DNA of 60,550 nucleotides, counting the filler, from Sphacelaria rigidula (Eukaryota), in assembly GCA_964200075.2 (NCBI GenBank). It is 5 parts of 5 records of this genome, joined end to end, with 100 filler letters (N's around TTAATTAATTAA, not from the genome) between each part and the next. Parts side by side here need not be neighbours in the genome. Positions count along the whole stretch, not along the records: positions 1 to 12,031 come from CAXNAA020004210.1; positions 12,132 to 24,162 come from CAXNAA020004211.1; 3 more parts are not named here. The stretch is one strand, 5' to 3'. Position numbers and translations under genes: made by a program. The notes under the pieces were generated by a model, which worked only from the letters and a program-made list of their open reading frames with translations, searched no databases and was not told the DNA's origin. How positions within the stretch are numbered: position 1 is the stretch's first letter; each line of letters opens with the position of its first letter. Shown one piece after another: positions 1 through 12,823 of the stretch.

Positions 1-2737
1 AAAGGACGCCCCCCCCCCCCCCCCCCGGCTGGTGAGGAGGCCCCACCGGAGACACCGTCGGGGGCAGGAAAATTACGTCATTTGGCTTCACATATCTTTG
101 AGATCGCGGAAAATTCTAGCCGCCTAGCACCAGCAACTCGAGTATGTCATCAGTGCACAAAAATCTAAATGTATGGAGGAAAATAAAATACCACTGAATT
201 TTGCGACGTGAATTATAAACGAAGCGGTGAGACAGTGGTGCAGCATTCATAGCGTTCCGTGTGTACCACCCAAGCGCCAGGAGCCACGAGTAGCACGATA
301 ACTAGGTGACGTTATTGAGTGTGGCTTCATCAGCTAGAAAGATTTAACGCAAATCTCGACTCTTCCTCATGCTTCGGTATCACATTGACCAGCCACCGCT
401 GAACGCTCAACGCTTGATGCCGACAGAATAAAGCAAAGCACACATAACGACGCTATGAACCGCAGTCTTGCTTTCACATTTCAGATCCGCTCAATCAACA
501 AGTGTCCGTGCCCAATCTCTATTTCCTTTTTTTCAAGAATATATTGTCTGCGATATTCGTATTTATGCCCAGGTGTGTGCGCTGTGCGGTCATGTACTCG
601 CCTCTCTACCAGCGTCCCCACGGTTATTGTTAGACAGTACCTCACAAATATTTACTTGAGTATGACACATATGTTGGGTGATATAACTGGTTAAAGTGGT
701 TACAAATCGATCAGTTAACCAGTTGTACCAGTTGACTGTAGCTGGTCAGTTGAACTGGCAGTCAGTTCGCAACTCTAGGGACAAATTGTGTAAAGTTTCA
801 GTGTCTGAAGTCGTTAAAACGGCATGAAGTCTTGGTGCGGTTGTGCGATGACGTGAGCGTGCAAACTCCTAATTACTTGGTTGTAGTATGAAAACTTCTC
901 TCTTGCGTGTATTCAACGTCAAGGTGAGAAAATTTGGAAGAGTTCCTCGATCAAACTCTGTACAAATGTCCCTTCGACTAACACATCATTTTTTTCTTTT
1001 ACTTTGAAGCATCCGTTATCGGCTTCCGGGGTTTCCAGTGAGAAGACCGCCGGAAGCCGGTTGAGAACGGAGAAACTTGAAAATATTGTCAAGAATACCA
1101 ATCAACCGTTTGAAGCATCAGTACCTACGGAACTGCCAAGTCTGAGGACGATCTGAGCTTGTCTACGACAAATATAAGGGGGACCGTTTCGAGGCTCCGT
1201 GGGTCTTTTGCGCGTATCACGAGCACAAATCAGACGACACCCAAACCCCACTTCACCAAACCACGGTACAATTCGCCGCCGTCTTGAATGTTTTTAAATC
1301 TGTTTTTCCCCGTTTATTTCTGGAGCTGATGGCGGTTTCAACGGTTTGAGGTATGCGGAGATGAGGTGAAAATTGGGCTTGGATTTTGTACTTTCGAATT
1401 CAGAACAATTTGGAGGGCGCTGATTGGTCGAGGTACCTTTTTACCTTTGGCGCCGCCATTATGGCCTTGAACACAAATCAGGCTATGTCACGCTCTTCAG
1501 CTGGCCACTGCGGGCAGTATGATATAATGTATGCGACTATTGGGAATGTATTGCGTAAGGTATTTTGCTGATGACACAATTTTGGGTGAAAAGCGTGAAA
1601 CAGGGTGTAGGTACTTACCGACAACTTCTTTGTTCCAACATATTGATCCGATAGTTGTCGACAGGCAACTTCAGCTTGCATGGCATTTTCACCCTTGAGT
1701 TAATCGCAGTCAGCTGCTATAAAACTAAAGTTGGCTGTAGGTATGCACGGTGTGACTTTTCACCTTGTGGTGGTGACCGTTGTGTTGTAACCGGGAGTAC
1801 AGAATCAAGACTAACGCATCTCAACACGTACCCTACCCCCCCCGTTGTTGTTGCTGCTGTGCAGGCGTTGTACGACAAGAAGATTGCGGTGTTCACAATC
1901 TCGCTTTTGTGCCGGTGGAGTAAAGGAACCTTCGAACAATTAGTGGAGCCAGGAGAGGATGGGATTGGGGTTGTGGGAGGAGACGCGATGATGGATGATG
2001 ACGAGTAAATGATGGGGGAGGAAACGTCCGCAGTGAGATATTGTGCGACGCTAGAGGTTATTTGCCCTGCGTGAGGCATGTAGCGTGCGCTGCACACGTC
2101 GATCGGTTTTTTGTCTTCCGGCTTGTGGTCCTGCGTCGTGTGGATCGGGTTCCCGACTAAGATGTTTCATTTTCCTTCACGTCCTTGACGTGCAGCCCGC
2201 CCGATGTGCCTGTAGACCTGAAGTGACACGGCTACTGTAGTGTCTTTCTTTACTGCTGTTTTCGTGCGCCATCTTCGTTCGGTGGGTCAATTTGATGTGT
2301 TTTCATGCAAATGTGTGCTGTGTTTTTTTGGGGGGGGGAGGGGAAATCTCTGTCCTCCTGCGATGTTTCCTCACCTTTCGACTCTGTTGGAGCTGTACAA
2401 CTATTTTCTCAAGTTTTTGGACTACTTCCAAGGTTGTTAGATGCTTGCATACTGTATACTTCGTAGAGTGGTTCTGTGGCTTCTTCGAATGATGCCCACA
2501 AGCATGGGGTATTTTTCTATTCGGAACGCTGGGCTGCACCGTACGCCAAATGCGATAGAAAACACGGAATTGCGGGACGGCGCATGCGCGAGGAAATCAC
2601 GGAGTCATGCCTTCGATGCTTTACGTGCGTGATTTTGCATACACTTGTAACTTTTCATTACTACCGTACAAGGACTAACTGGCAATTATCTACAGTACCT
2701 CTATGTTTCATCGCGGCTCTCGCGATGGTGCCCCGCT

Positions 2738-4911
2738 TCATCGTGCACCAGCGACCGCAACGGGAATACCGTAGCACACCGGCGCATGGCCAATGATGAA
2801 AGTCATCTTGCACTCTAACCTCGCCCTAGCTACAGAGTGGGCCAAGGTGGTCCTGTGCTTACTAGGGCCTTTTTCGCCCTTGTCACCCGCCTCGACAAAC
2901 AAATCTAACAAAGCAACACTGAAGCGATCGATGTCTCTGTCCGTCACGTCCCACAAATTCGCCACAACGGCAGGACTGCCCCCCACCAAATAACTCGAAG
3001 CCATACCAGAAGGCTCGAAATCGCCGTACCCCTTTAACCGGCCACTACTGCACCCCATCAACACAGCCACCGCGCACCGCGTTAACCGTGACACGGCCTC
3101 CCGCCCGACTAACAACTCCCCAGCCCCATGCCCACAGTAAACAAACACATCGGTCCCTTGTAAGGCCTCCGTCATTTCTCCCTCGCTAGGGGCTTTCCCT
3201 CTCGTCCCCGACCACCCCAACCGGCTCTGTATACCGTCGAAAACCGGCCCGAGGTGTTTTCGCGTGTGAGATAAGTTCGCCTCCGGATCGAGCACATAAA
3301 AGCCGCGATTCAACCGGACTCCATCTCGAGATGGTACCCACCCCCGCCCTACGGGATTTGCTGTGTCGGATGCAGCTGTATCTGGTGCCCACCGCGTAGC
3401 TAGCGCGGCGAACACGAAGGGTACGGCAGGACAGCGAGTGACGGCGTGGCCTCTGAGGCACGGCAAGGCTTCCCATGGCATCGCCTGCAGCTCCTCATCC
3501 AACACTAGCACTACTGGGTGGCGTTCAGCGCCAGCCCCGGTTCGGCCGCGGCCGCATTCACCACCGCCAGCATCTCTGGTGGCTTCCCCCTGATCGCTCT
3601 TGGATTGCGCCCCATCAGCTACATTTTTTCCCCCTCTTGGTTCGATTACCTTGGCCCTGCTTTTGGCGCCAACGACAGGAGCGCAGGCAGGGGGTGTGGT
3701 ACGTTGGCGATGACTTCCCACATTTCCGCCTCCCTTTTTATTACCAGTGTTCGTGGTGCCTCTGCTCACTGAAATCGTTTTGCCTGCCTCTTGCCGAACC
3801 GCCTCGGTAAGTTTTGCCAACAAATCGCTCTTGCGCTTCAGTGTGGTGATTTCAATGCCCCGGGAGGACAGTTGTGCTCGCAACTCTGCGACCTTCATTT
3901 TCGACAACAACGCCTCGTCCAAAGAGTTGCTTGTTGCAGCGGCCGCAGGCCCTTGCGCAGTCTTCCTCTCGCCAGTGTTCCCACTGTCACGCGCGCTACG
4001 GCCAGCTTCTATCTCCATGTTGCAGCTTCGATTGCCCCCGCCACCCCCCGGCGGAGCAGCAGCCTTCGCACAAAGGTCCTCGTGGCTGGCGTCGACGCAT
4101 TCCTCGTCAGCATCCACAACTCCAGCCGATTTACGAAACGTTGTTTGAACTCTTTCGTGAATTTCGGCAGATATCTCCTTCGCTGCCACTTCGCTACCAG
4201 GAATGTCCAAGAGCGCCCGTCTCACTACAGAAGCCCACGCAGCCTTGGACATCGCGTCGCCCCCGTGTATGCACGTACGGATCAACTCCGCTGTCGCGGC
4301 AGCTAGCGTACCCTCGACTTCAGGAACAGGAGCAGTTCGCGTCGCAACACGACTCTTACCCCCGCTACGACCCTGCCCCCCAGCCTTCCTCTTCGCCGGG
4401 CCCTTACCCCTAGTCCCACCCCTCGAAACGCGGCGTGCTCTCGTGACGCGCTCCTTGGCGAATTCGTAGACATTGTCCAACGCTGCTTCGAGTCCGCCGT
4501 TCACAAGCTTGCCCAGCAGGAGAGGAGCGAGGCCGTGTGCCTCGAGCCATTTTCCCTCGAGATCGTTCAAAAGGCAACCGACCGCTTTGTCCACGATTGT
4601 ACGCCGTTCCCACCATGCTGCCTTCTCCTTATTTCCCCACGTACTTGCCTCTTCTGCGGTATGCCCGCGCAGCGTATCCCAATTCTCTTCCATTATCCCT
4701 CGCCACCGCTTCAAAAGTTTAGTATCTTCGGCAGAGAGCGGCACAGACGCTGTCAGCGGCGGGCACCCACGCGCCAGCCGGGTCAGCAAGAGATGCTTGG
4801 CGCCGCCATCGCCCGCAGACAAACACAAGCTGACGATCGGCCACTCTTCTCTGAGTTCGGATGCTACGGCTTCTGAGAGACATGTTCCCCCTGACCCACC
4901 AACGAGATCTG
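2738..4911 (-). CDS. ESP1: Separase (separin, peptidase C50), terminal exon with catalytic domain
   Basis: The ORF contains the separase motifs WWERR, LVLDEELQAMPWEALP, FYVLDPEANL, FVYCGHGAG (catalytic His), VLMGCSSG (catalytic Cys), VVANLWDVTDRDID and APVCYGIP. An in-frame stop sits just upstream of the ORF start, so the exon begins at a phase-1 tandem acceptor CAG|CAG (4911 or 4908), which matches the phase-1 donor at 5641. Confidence 0.95.
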
Positions 4912-5641
4912 CTGGGAGAGGGTGCGACGATCGAGGCAGCAATCAGCTTCAGGTCAAGCCCATTCCAGCAACTAATCTACGCGAGCCTTACGCATATGTC
5001 GCAGAATTGCTGCGCGGCCTACCGTGTCGCGATGATCTGCTTATTTTACCCAACATCACCGCAGATGGCACATACCATATTTCCAAAGGATTCACATTTC
5101 CGTCCGCCCTGCACAGCGGGCATGCTAGTAAGTAGCGGCCGCATACGATGTTATTCCAGGATACACACAGCAGAAAGTTATTCCTGGTGAACTTTGTCAG
5201 CGAAACAAGTTGCACAACGAGTTCGGTAGTAGCTTTAGGTACTCGTGTTTTTTTTACAGAAAAGCAATACATCAATGATGAGAAATGAACGCTTCCCCAA
5301 ACTACATTTCGGGGCCAAATCGAAACATTGGTACCACACGTGTGCCCATATTAATGTCAAGCACCCCTTCCGACGATGTCATCCACTGAGGTCCACGAAT
5401 GATGAGTGGAAATTCGTATGCATTGCAGTCGGCAAGAGTTTAAAGGAGAGTCGTGGTTGGGATATCAGCTATTGCTCACCAAAACCCGTGGGTACACACT
5501 TGGCAAAATGACGCCAGCTAAACACCTCAGTGTCATAATTGTGCAGTAGCATCACCGCAATAAATAGTCGAATCACTGAGTACAAACCTACCCCCCGCAA
5601 CACAGATCCACAATACGGGGTCTCTCAACGCGTGCACTTAC

Positions 5642-8600
5642 CCTTGGGTTGAAGTCCTTCGCTCGATGCCGAGTTCTCACTAGTTGCGCCACCGCCGCTA
5701 ACGACCCCGAACAGCTGTACTCCTGCGGGAACATCACAAGACTCCAACGACCCCGCACCCTTCCTCGTCTGCTTCACCGCCTTGTGCACCACCTGATTGC
5801 AATGTGTAATGCCGACAGACAGGCTAGACAGCGCCGCCACACTCCACGAGGCATGAATCCCTACCTCTCTTCGTTCGGCCCTCCCACGCTCGGGCTCAGT
5901 AAGAGCCACAGCAAGCGCCCGCCGCACCCTCCGCACGAGCTTGGGCGCGCCGACACCCCTGGTGAGCACCTCCGCCTTCCGCAATGGCCCCTTTGCTCCA
6001 GAGATGTCGCCGGAATCTAGGTGCATCCGTCCCAATCGATAGAGAGCAGCTGCCCGCACAAGAACAGGAGCTCCGTCCGCGCTGGCGCATTTTTGCAGCA
6101 AATCTCTCGCGGTTGCAGAGTTTCCCAGGAGATACGACGTGCGCCCTTGATGGAGACGGAGCATGGAAAGGATTTCGAGGGCACGCCACCCGAGATCGCA
6201 CTCCTCCCCTCTAACATCCCCGAGATCGACAGTTGCAGCGGCGTGTTCGAGCTTCAACGCGCTATCGACTCGTACACCACCCCAGGCGGTCGCCTCCATC
6301 AGCGGGGCGAGGGCTGTATGTCCGCGATCGCATGCAGAGAGGGCCCCGGTGAAGTCACCTTGTCGCCGAAGCACGTCGGATTCGATCACGAGCAGCTCGG
6401 CTGCACTCAGAGAAAATTCACGACAGCGGAGACACAGTCCTCCGGCAGATGCGGCCACCGTCGGAGGTGGCTTTGTCTTCACCTTGCCCTTGGGGACTTC
6501 GGTCTTCGCTCCTGCCCGTTTTGGCCCTCTTCCCTTGGCCGAGGGTGCTGAAGAAGGTTCTGGCTGTTTAGCGAATAGCCGTTTGCAGGTCGCGCAATCT
6601 GATGGAACGGTTTTCGGTGATGCCAAGACCATCTCATCTCGCCGTTCTTGCTCTAGCAGCGTCTGACACGCTCCAAGAAGGCGATTTGCACGATCAAAAT
6701 GATGAGTTTGCACGGCAACCTCCACCTCCTCTCGGAGACAGCTTCGCAGTAGACGGGAGGCGCGCAGCGGCTCACTGACGACACATCCCTGTCGTAGGTA
6801 CCCGCTCGCCTTTGACGCGAAGCCTCTCGCTCGCCACAGCCGGCCCATACGCGCCAACCCTTCCAGATAGACTGGTATCCACCTAGAGCTCAGGGCCAGT
6901 CCTCCTTGCTGCCGTTTTCCGATCGAGGCTTCAACCTCTCGACTGTCGTCGCCCACCCCCTCCTCTGCTTGACCGAACCCCCCTGCCGTGGCCTGCGCTC
7001 CTGGACGCTCGTCGTGAACGGACGCGCCTTTGGATGCTGAGAGTGAGACAACTTGTCTGTCCGACTCGAAGAACGGGCCTCCGCAAGACGCCCACGCGTG
7101 GCACAACTGCAGCACGTGCCTCAGCTCTCCCACTGCCTCGGCTAATCGCCCACACCTTTCGTATAGCCACGACAAACTTAACCCTACCATGCACTCCAGA
7201 AACGCTGCTGTCTCGCGGTTGTCCACCTTTCTCTCGCCCGACACTGCTCGCCTGGCTTCGAGCAGCGCCTTTTCCGCCTCGATTGCGCCTCCCGTTCGTT
7301 CCCCCAGGCACAGCCCACGCAGCGTATCTGCAGATACCCGAGCCGCTTCAACGTCGGCGAGTTCAGCATGTACTTGGCATTCCTCCACATCCATGAGCTC
7401 GCCCAGTTTGTCTTCAACGGCCGCGCTGAAAATATGCACAAGCTTGGGAATGCCCGCCGAGTGATAGGCGACACCGATAGTGCTCAATATACCGACTGTC
7501 GAAGCAGCGGTCGCGGGAGGTTCAACAGGCTCCATGCTTGCTTGCTGCGCCTCCGATAGCACTACTTTGAGTTCCGCCGATTTAACCATGCGCCGCGTGT
7601 CCCTGTGCAACGTGTAATGGGCCTCAAGAACCTCGAGACTGGAAACGACAGCAGAGGTATCGGCAAGTTCGATTGTGAGAGGATGCAGACCCTTTGGGCT
7701 TCCAGCACAGCTCTTCACGGCGTCGTCGAGTGAATCAAGCGCGGTGTGCATAGCTTCCTTCACACCATCGCCTGGGTCTGCGAGGTCGCGCAAGAGCATC
7801 GCACGAATACATGCGCACACGCCTGCAATGGCCTTTGAAGATGGTGTTCGACCATGCTTGTCGCTCACAGTAGTCGCAGATCCTCCAACAGTGCGTTCGA
7901 TGCCAGCGTGAAGGTCAGCCATGACTGCTGCACTGCCCTCACAACTTTCGCCGGCGTCCAACCCCTTGCGTGCGGCAACATTTACCAGGAAAAGATCGTG
8001 CTCAAACCATGCAGACAAAACCCGCGCTTGTGCTTCCCAGTGGTCCTTGCGAGGAATGTCTGCCGTCGTTCTGCTACCTGTGCACATCCTCAGCACCGCC
8101 TCTGTCGCACGTCGAGATCCTTCAACACAAGCCAGCAGGGTGGCGCTAGGGACACCGGCGGTGGCTTCGGTGCTTTCTGGGACATGCAGCGGTAAGTGCG
8201 TACGGTACGCGCAGCACTCGGCCAGAAGCACCCAGGCAACCGCTGCAGCCGGTACCCTCCTCCGCAGGAGGCTTTTGTCCAAGTCTTGACTCAAGCCCGT
8301 TTTACCATCGGTGGCAGGATGCAAATAATTCCCGTCCGTGAGGTAGGCCATCGCCTGGGCTACAGCAGTACCTATTTCTTCTTCAGCTTCTGGCGTCGGC
8401 AGCGATGCGTCGGACGCAAAGCCGCGACCTGCACCCTTCGGATTACGCAAATCCGTTATGCGAAGCCTGCATGCCACATGCCTCTCAACAAGAGCTTGAA
8501 GACTGGTGGTGTTTTCCAGACGGCCATCAGAGGACACGTTCCATAGGTCGGGGCAAAATGCCAGGGCCCTAGCAACTGCCGCGGCAGCGGCCGCGAACTC

Positions 8601-10099
8601 TCCAGACTCAATGAATACCTTGCTAAGCTTTGACAGACGCACATCGAGTTGAACCAAACGAAGAATTTCTACATGGGCAGCACGCACACCATCACCACCA
8701 TCGTCTGCTTCAGCGCTCGGCGTCTCTTTCACCCAGCTCTCAAGCACACGACATCCTCGAACAAGTGCATCGAGACCCACGGCCACCTTGCCGCCGTCGA
8801 GCAATGCCTGTCCGAGCCCAAACCACCCTGCCCCGACTCGTCGAGTATGCTGCGGGGTGAGTGCGTCGCCCTCACACATGCCTTCGGCGGCCATTAGCGC
8901 CTCGCGAGCACTATCCTCACGTGACCTTTCTGCGGCAATGCTTCGTACGCTTCCTGCGTCCACAGCAGGCAGGATTTGTGTGACACTAGAGAGAGCGTTC
9001 AGGTAGGTGAGCGCAGAACGAAGGTAGCTGTCGAACCCCAGCTCCGCAAGCGTACTTACAGCAGGTATCTTATCCTGCACACTTCGAGGCGCGCGTTCAC
9101 TAAAAGACGCTATGTTCCAGCTCAGGTCTCCCAAAAGTTGCAAACCCCTTTGGTATAACGCTGACCATGCCGTCAATCCAAGCCCGTCACCTCCCACAGG
9201 GTCCTGTGCCTTAACTTTTTCCACCCATGTCGCCGTGATGGCACACGATTTTTGGGTCCATTTCCACGCTTTAACGACAGAACCGACAAACCCACTGGTA
9301 CCCGTCTCCACCCCGACCGTCTTACCCTTCGCTCCCTTGGCCGACGCTAGGGTCTCCAGATAATCGCGGACGATCCCCAAATACCCTAAACCCCGGTCGA
9401 TAGAAGTGTGAATGAGAGCGGAACATGTCGGGTCGGGACTACTGGCCGCCCGGTTGCCTACTCGGGGCTTGGCTTTGGCTGCCTGCCGCTTCGCAGGTGC
9501 AGTAGCCACCTCAGCGCGATGAAAGGGTCTCGAGCTATTAGCCGACGTGGTCGCGGCTGCGTGAATCTTGAGCATGCCGGAGTAGGCAGCGTACACAACG
9601 CCGGCTCTACCGCAGTTCTCCTTCTCTCCTTCCGTCGCTTGTTTCGAGCAGCGCCGGACATACTCGTAGGCGAGCTGCAGCAGACGCTGCGCCTCGAGCC
9701 CGTCTCCAACCTTCTCCAGTAACCCCACGGTGTACTGCAACCAATCGACCCAAGCAGGCTGAAAATCCATTCTACCCCTGCCCCCGCCCCCGTCGTTTGC
9801 AGGCCAGTCCTCACCCTCCTTAGAGCAAAGCACCTGCAGACAGAACGTTGACAGCTCCGCGGCTTCATCGAAATTTGCAGGCTTATCATTGTTTCCGCTC
9901 CGACGTTCCAATGACAACGAAGCACGGTGAGCATGAGCCACGAAATCGCCGGCGCTCCAGCCCCTGTCCTGCCGCGCAAAAAGTTCCAATGCCATTCGCC
10001 GACCCGCGAGGCATTCACGCACTCGAGCGCCAATGCTTGGTTTTTCAAAGGCGGAACATGCCCTCCAGAGAAGCTTGAACAGGTGATCTCGGTAGGCCT
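5642..10099 (-). CDS. ESP1: Separase, penultimate 4458-bp exon (helical/TPR-like N-terminal region); gene 5' exons not identified
   Basis: Open frame of about 1485 codons. It is bounded by a pyrimidine-rich acceptor (ttttactttcctgctcgcag|AG GCC) at 10100 and a GTAAGT donor after CCC AAG G at 5641. Both ends are phase 1 and join in frame to the C50 exon. The protein is Ala/Leu-rich with TPR-like segments (AAALYRLGRMHLDSGDISGAKGPLRKA). Confidence 0.85.
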
Positions 10100-10505
10100 C
10101 TGCGAGCAGGAAAGTAAAAGGAGGGAATGCCCCAAAAATTCAGCAACGGCAAGACGAAGACATGGAGAATTCGGGGAAAAGAGGGTCTCTCAACTTCGAA
10201 GGACAGGAAAGTAGACGTTATGGTAGAATCACCTGTAGTGACCCCGAACGGTGTTAGTCACCACTTCTCATTAAATATTTCCCCCAAATAGGAAAAAGTG
10301 GTAGCGGTTTGAATATGTGTACATATGCTCGTCAATACAACAAGAATGTGCAGAAATAACACAGCAACATCTGTCCAAACGCGGCGAAGGAAAGGACAAT
10401 ACCTACTGTGCTGTACTCCAATAATATGATATGAAAATTACCAAGCAAACATAAGAACACTGGCAACCAGCTGACGCCTTCTCTCCCCCCTCCCTATACA
10501 CGACT

Positions 10506-10564
10506 CGTCTCAAAAGGGATGCGTGGTCAACGGTCAAACGACCAAGGCAAAAAACAAATGAGTA
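10506..10564 (+). mobile_element. 3' end fragment of LINE family 'SRKGCVVNGQMTKASNK*'
   Basis: gtctcaaaagggatgcgtggtcaacggtcaaacgaccaaggcaaaaaacaaatgagta matches the other copies at 20296, 26709, 27283, 36393 and 51278. It is followed by a C-run. Confidence 0.75.
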
Positions 10565-10988
10565 CCCCCCCCACCACCCCCATATATGACTACGACATGC
10601 AAGATCGTGAATACACCCCCCCCCCCCACAAAAAACGTGAGGTGACGAATGAGAGTTGTGCATGTAATCACAGTGCACATGTGTGCGAAGTTCGATAAAC
10701 TCACTGTTGTCATTTGCCATGGATAAAACCGTATGTAACTGATTGTCCTGGTATAGGAGGAAATCAGTCGAAATTCGCAATCCCGGGGTAATATCTTCAT
10801 CTTCCGTATCTGATCGAGTGGCGCGTTTTCATCCACTCCACTCTTCGACTCTTCTGAAACCCAAATAAAGAGAAGTAACGAATGTGCAGTTCGTTCTACA
10901 TCCCCTCCTCTTTTTCACAGCAAAGTATCAGCACCACACGAAGTTTTAGGCCGTCAAACCAACTCATCAAGGGAATTTTGCACACCCT

Positions 10989-11408
10989 CTACAACTACGA
11001 TAGTTGGTAGTTGTTTGCCAGACAACTACTGGTTCAGAATCGTGTGCAGCTAGTTGTTTGAAGACAACTAGCTGGTAGTTGTCTGCCAAACAAGTAACAC
11101 AGTTGGATAGTTGTGACAAATGAGATGCATCAACAGCAAGTATCATAGTAGTGGTGGTGGTGTTAAGCCGTATCTGCGCAAGAACGGGGGTAGACGACGA
11201 AGATCAGGCCAGCTTATATAGGCTGGCGATATGAACGATGGCAAAAGCAACATGCTGTGTGATATTCCGCGCGCGAGCATGACAATTCCAACTCATAGCT
11301 AGATGACCACCACCCCTCTCCAAAGCGGGAGCTATCTCCCGAACAACATCCAAATAGTATGCTGAGCGGTGCAAAATAATATGCTGGGCGGTCGCTCGTG
11401 GTGGAGGT

Positions 11409-11471
<63 letters not shown>

Positions 11472-11835
11472 TGCGCGCACATGCGTCAGCTCACAACTAG
11501 AGCCACAACGGTCCCATTGTTCTGTTGTTGACAACTACCCGAGCAAGTTGTTCTACATTGACAACTGCCCTGGCAACAAGTTGCCTGCAGACAATTAACT
11601 TTTCAGAATCGTGTGCAACTAGTCACGGGTTCGCGAGATCGGACTAATGCGCGGAAATAATAATAATAAAATAATAATAGTTGCCTGTAGACAACTACTG
11701 CTTCATAATCGTGCGCAACTAGTTGCCTGCAGACAACTACTGGTTCAGAATCGTGTGCAACTAGTTGTTTGCAGGTAACTACCTGTTAGTTGTCTGCCAA
11801 ACAACTAACTTAGTTAGTTATTAATTATAGTTGTA
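10989..11835. repeat. Degenerate ~42-bp repeat array (gacaactactggttcagaatcgtgtgcaactagttg...) in two blocks, interrupted by unique sequence and a (GT)n tract
   Basis: Units are visible at about 11021, 11590, 11690 and 11732, each with the palindromic core caactagttg. The block ends are imperfect inverted repeats. Confidence 0.75.
11409..11470. repeat. (GT)n microsatellite, about 30 units
   Basis: Read directly from the sequence. Confidence 0.97.
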
Positions 11836-12031
11836 CAGGATGTGGAATTTTGGTATGAGCTTGGCCAGGCTAGAGGCGGCATGAAAGTTTGCAGGCGAAT
11901 GCGCCGGCCAATATTTAGAGTTGGACCCTGAAATTTGGTATGGACAATGCATAGGGCAGTATAAAAAATCGTAAAGAAGCACCAGGAGTTTTTTTTTTTT
12001 TTCGTGAGGGCGTTTTACTGAAACTTGAAAA

Positions 12032-12131
12032 NNNNNNNNNNNNNNNNNNNNNNNNNNNNNNNNNNNNNNNNNNNNTTAATTAATTAANNNNNNNNNNNNN
12101 NNNNNNNNNNNNNNNNNNNNNNNNNNNNNNN
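12032..12131. other. Synthetic spacer N44-TTAATTAATTAA-N44 (segment junction 1)
   Basis: Identical 100-nt block recurring every ~12,130 nt. The core puts stop codons in all six frames. Confidence 0.97.
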
Positions 12132-12823
12132 AGAGGGGAGCTAGGTTCCGGCCTTACTGTTTTTGCCCCGCAAGTGTCTTGGTTTTAGTGTGGGTTCACT
12201 ATTATACTGGTTTTATTATAGGGGACATGTTATGGATGGTTTAGTATAGGAGGGGTTAGCGTAAGGGTTGGGCTAATTCTTATCTTTTTTGGGGAGGTTT
12301 AGGCTAAGTGCCCCACCCACCGCCCCCCTGGAAAGGGACAAAATATGGCCGTTTCTGGGCCGACTCGATGTTTTCCGGCCCTTCGGCCGCATGGTTCAAG
12401 CACAAGCTGATAAAAAAAAAGAGATGGATTTCAACTCAAAAAACGCTCAAGATTTCGAAAAAATTAGCGCCGAAGATATCGGACACGGTTAAGAGGCCGT
12501 AAAATCAATTCGACACAGACTTATGAAACAGAGGTAGTATGGTCCCTCCAGCCTGAAGAAAACATCGACGCTTTTCTTTTGTTTTGGCCGTGTATGCATG
12601 TAACATTGAAGTTTCCGCTTTTCAGAATCAAAACATCAGGACCACCAGTCCAATTTATCAACAACAAATAGACGGCCCGGACAGAGACAATAATATTCGG
12701 CTCCAAAATCCACCGAACCCCGAACCCCGAACCCCGGGGAATCGAATACAAGGATCACAGAAAGGCCGACGAAAAAAGCGCCGTACGGTAGGTTGCAAAC
12801 AGGAAACAACATAGCGTCTATGA

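Noticed and set aside
900-2100. Possible coding remnant downstream of separase
   Set aside because: All frames are interrupted by stops and I could not assign any motif.
3363-10214. Numerous + strand ORFs antisense to separase
   Set aside because: These are shadow ORFs expected opposite GC-rich coding sequence and have no recognisable motifs.
11204-11598. ORFs with HT or VC dipeptide repeats
   Set aside because: Translations of the (GT)n microsatellite.
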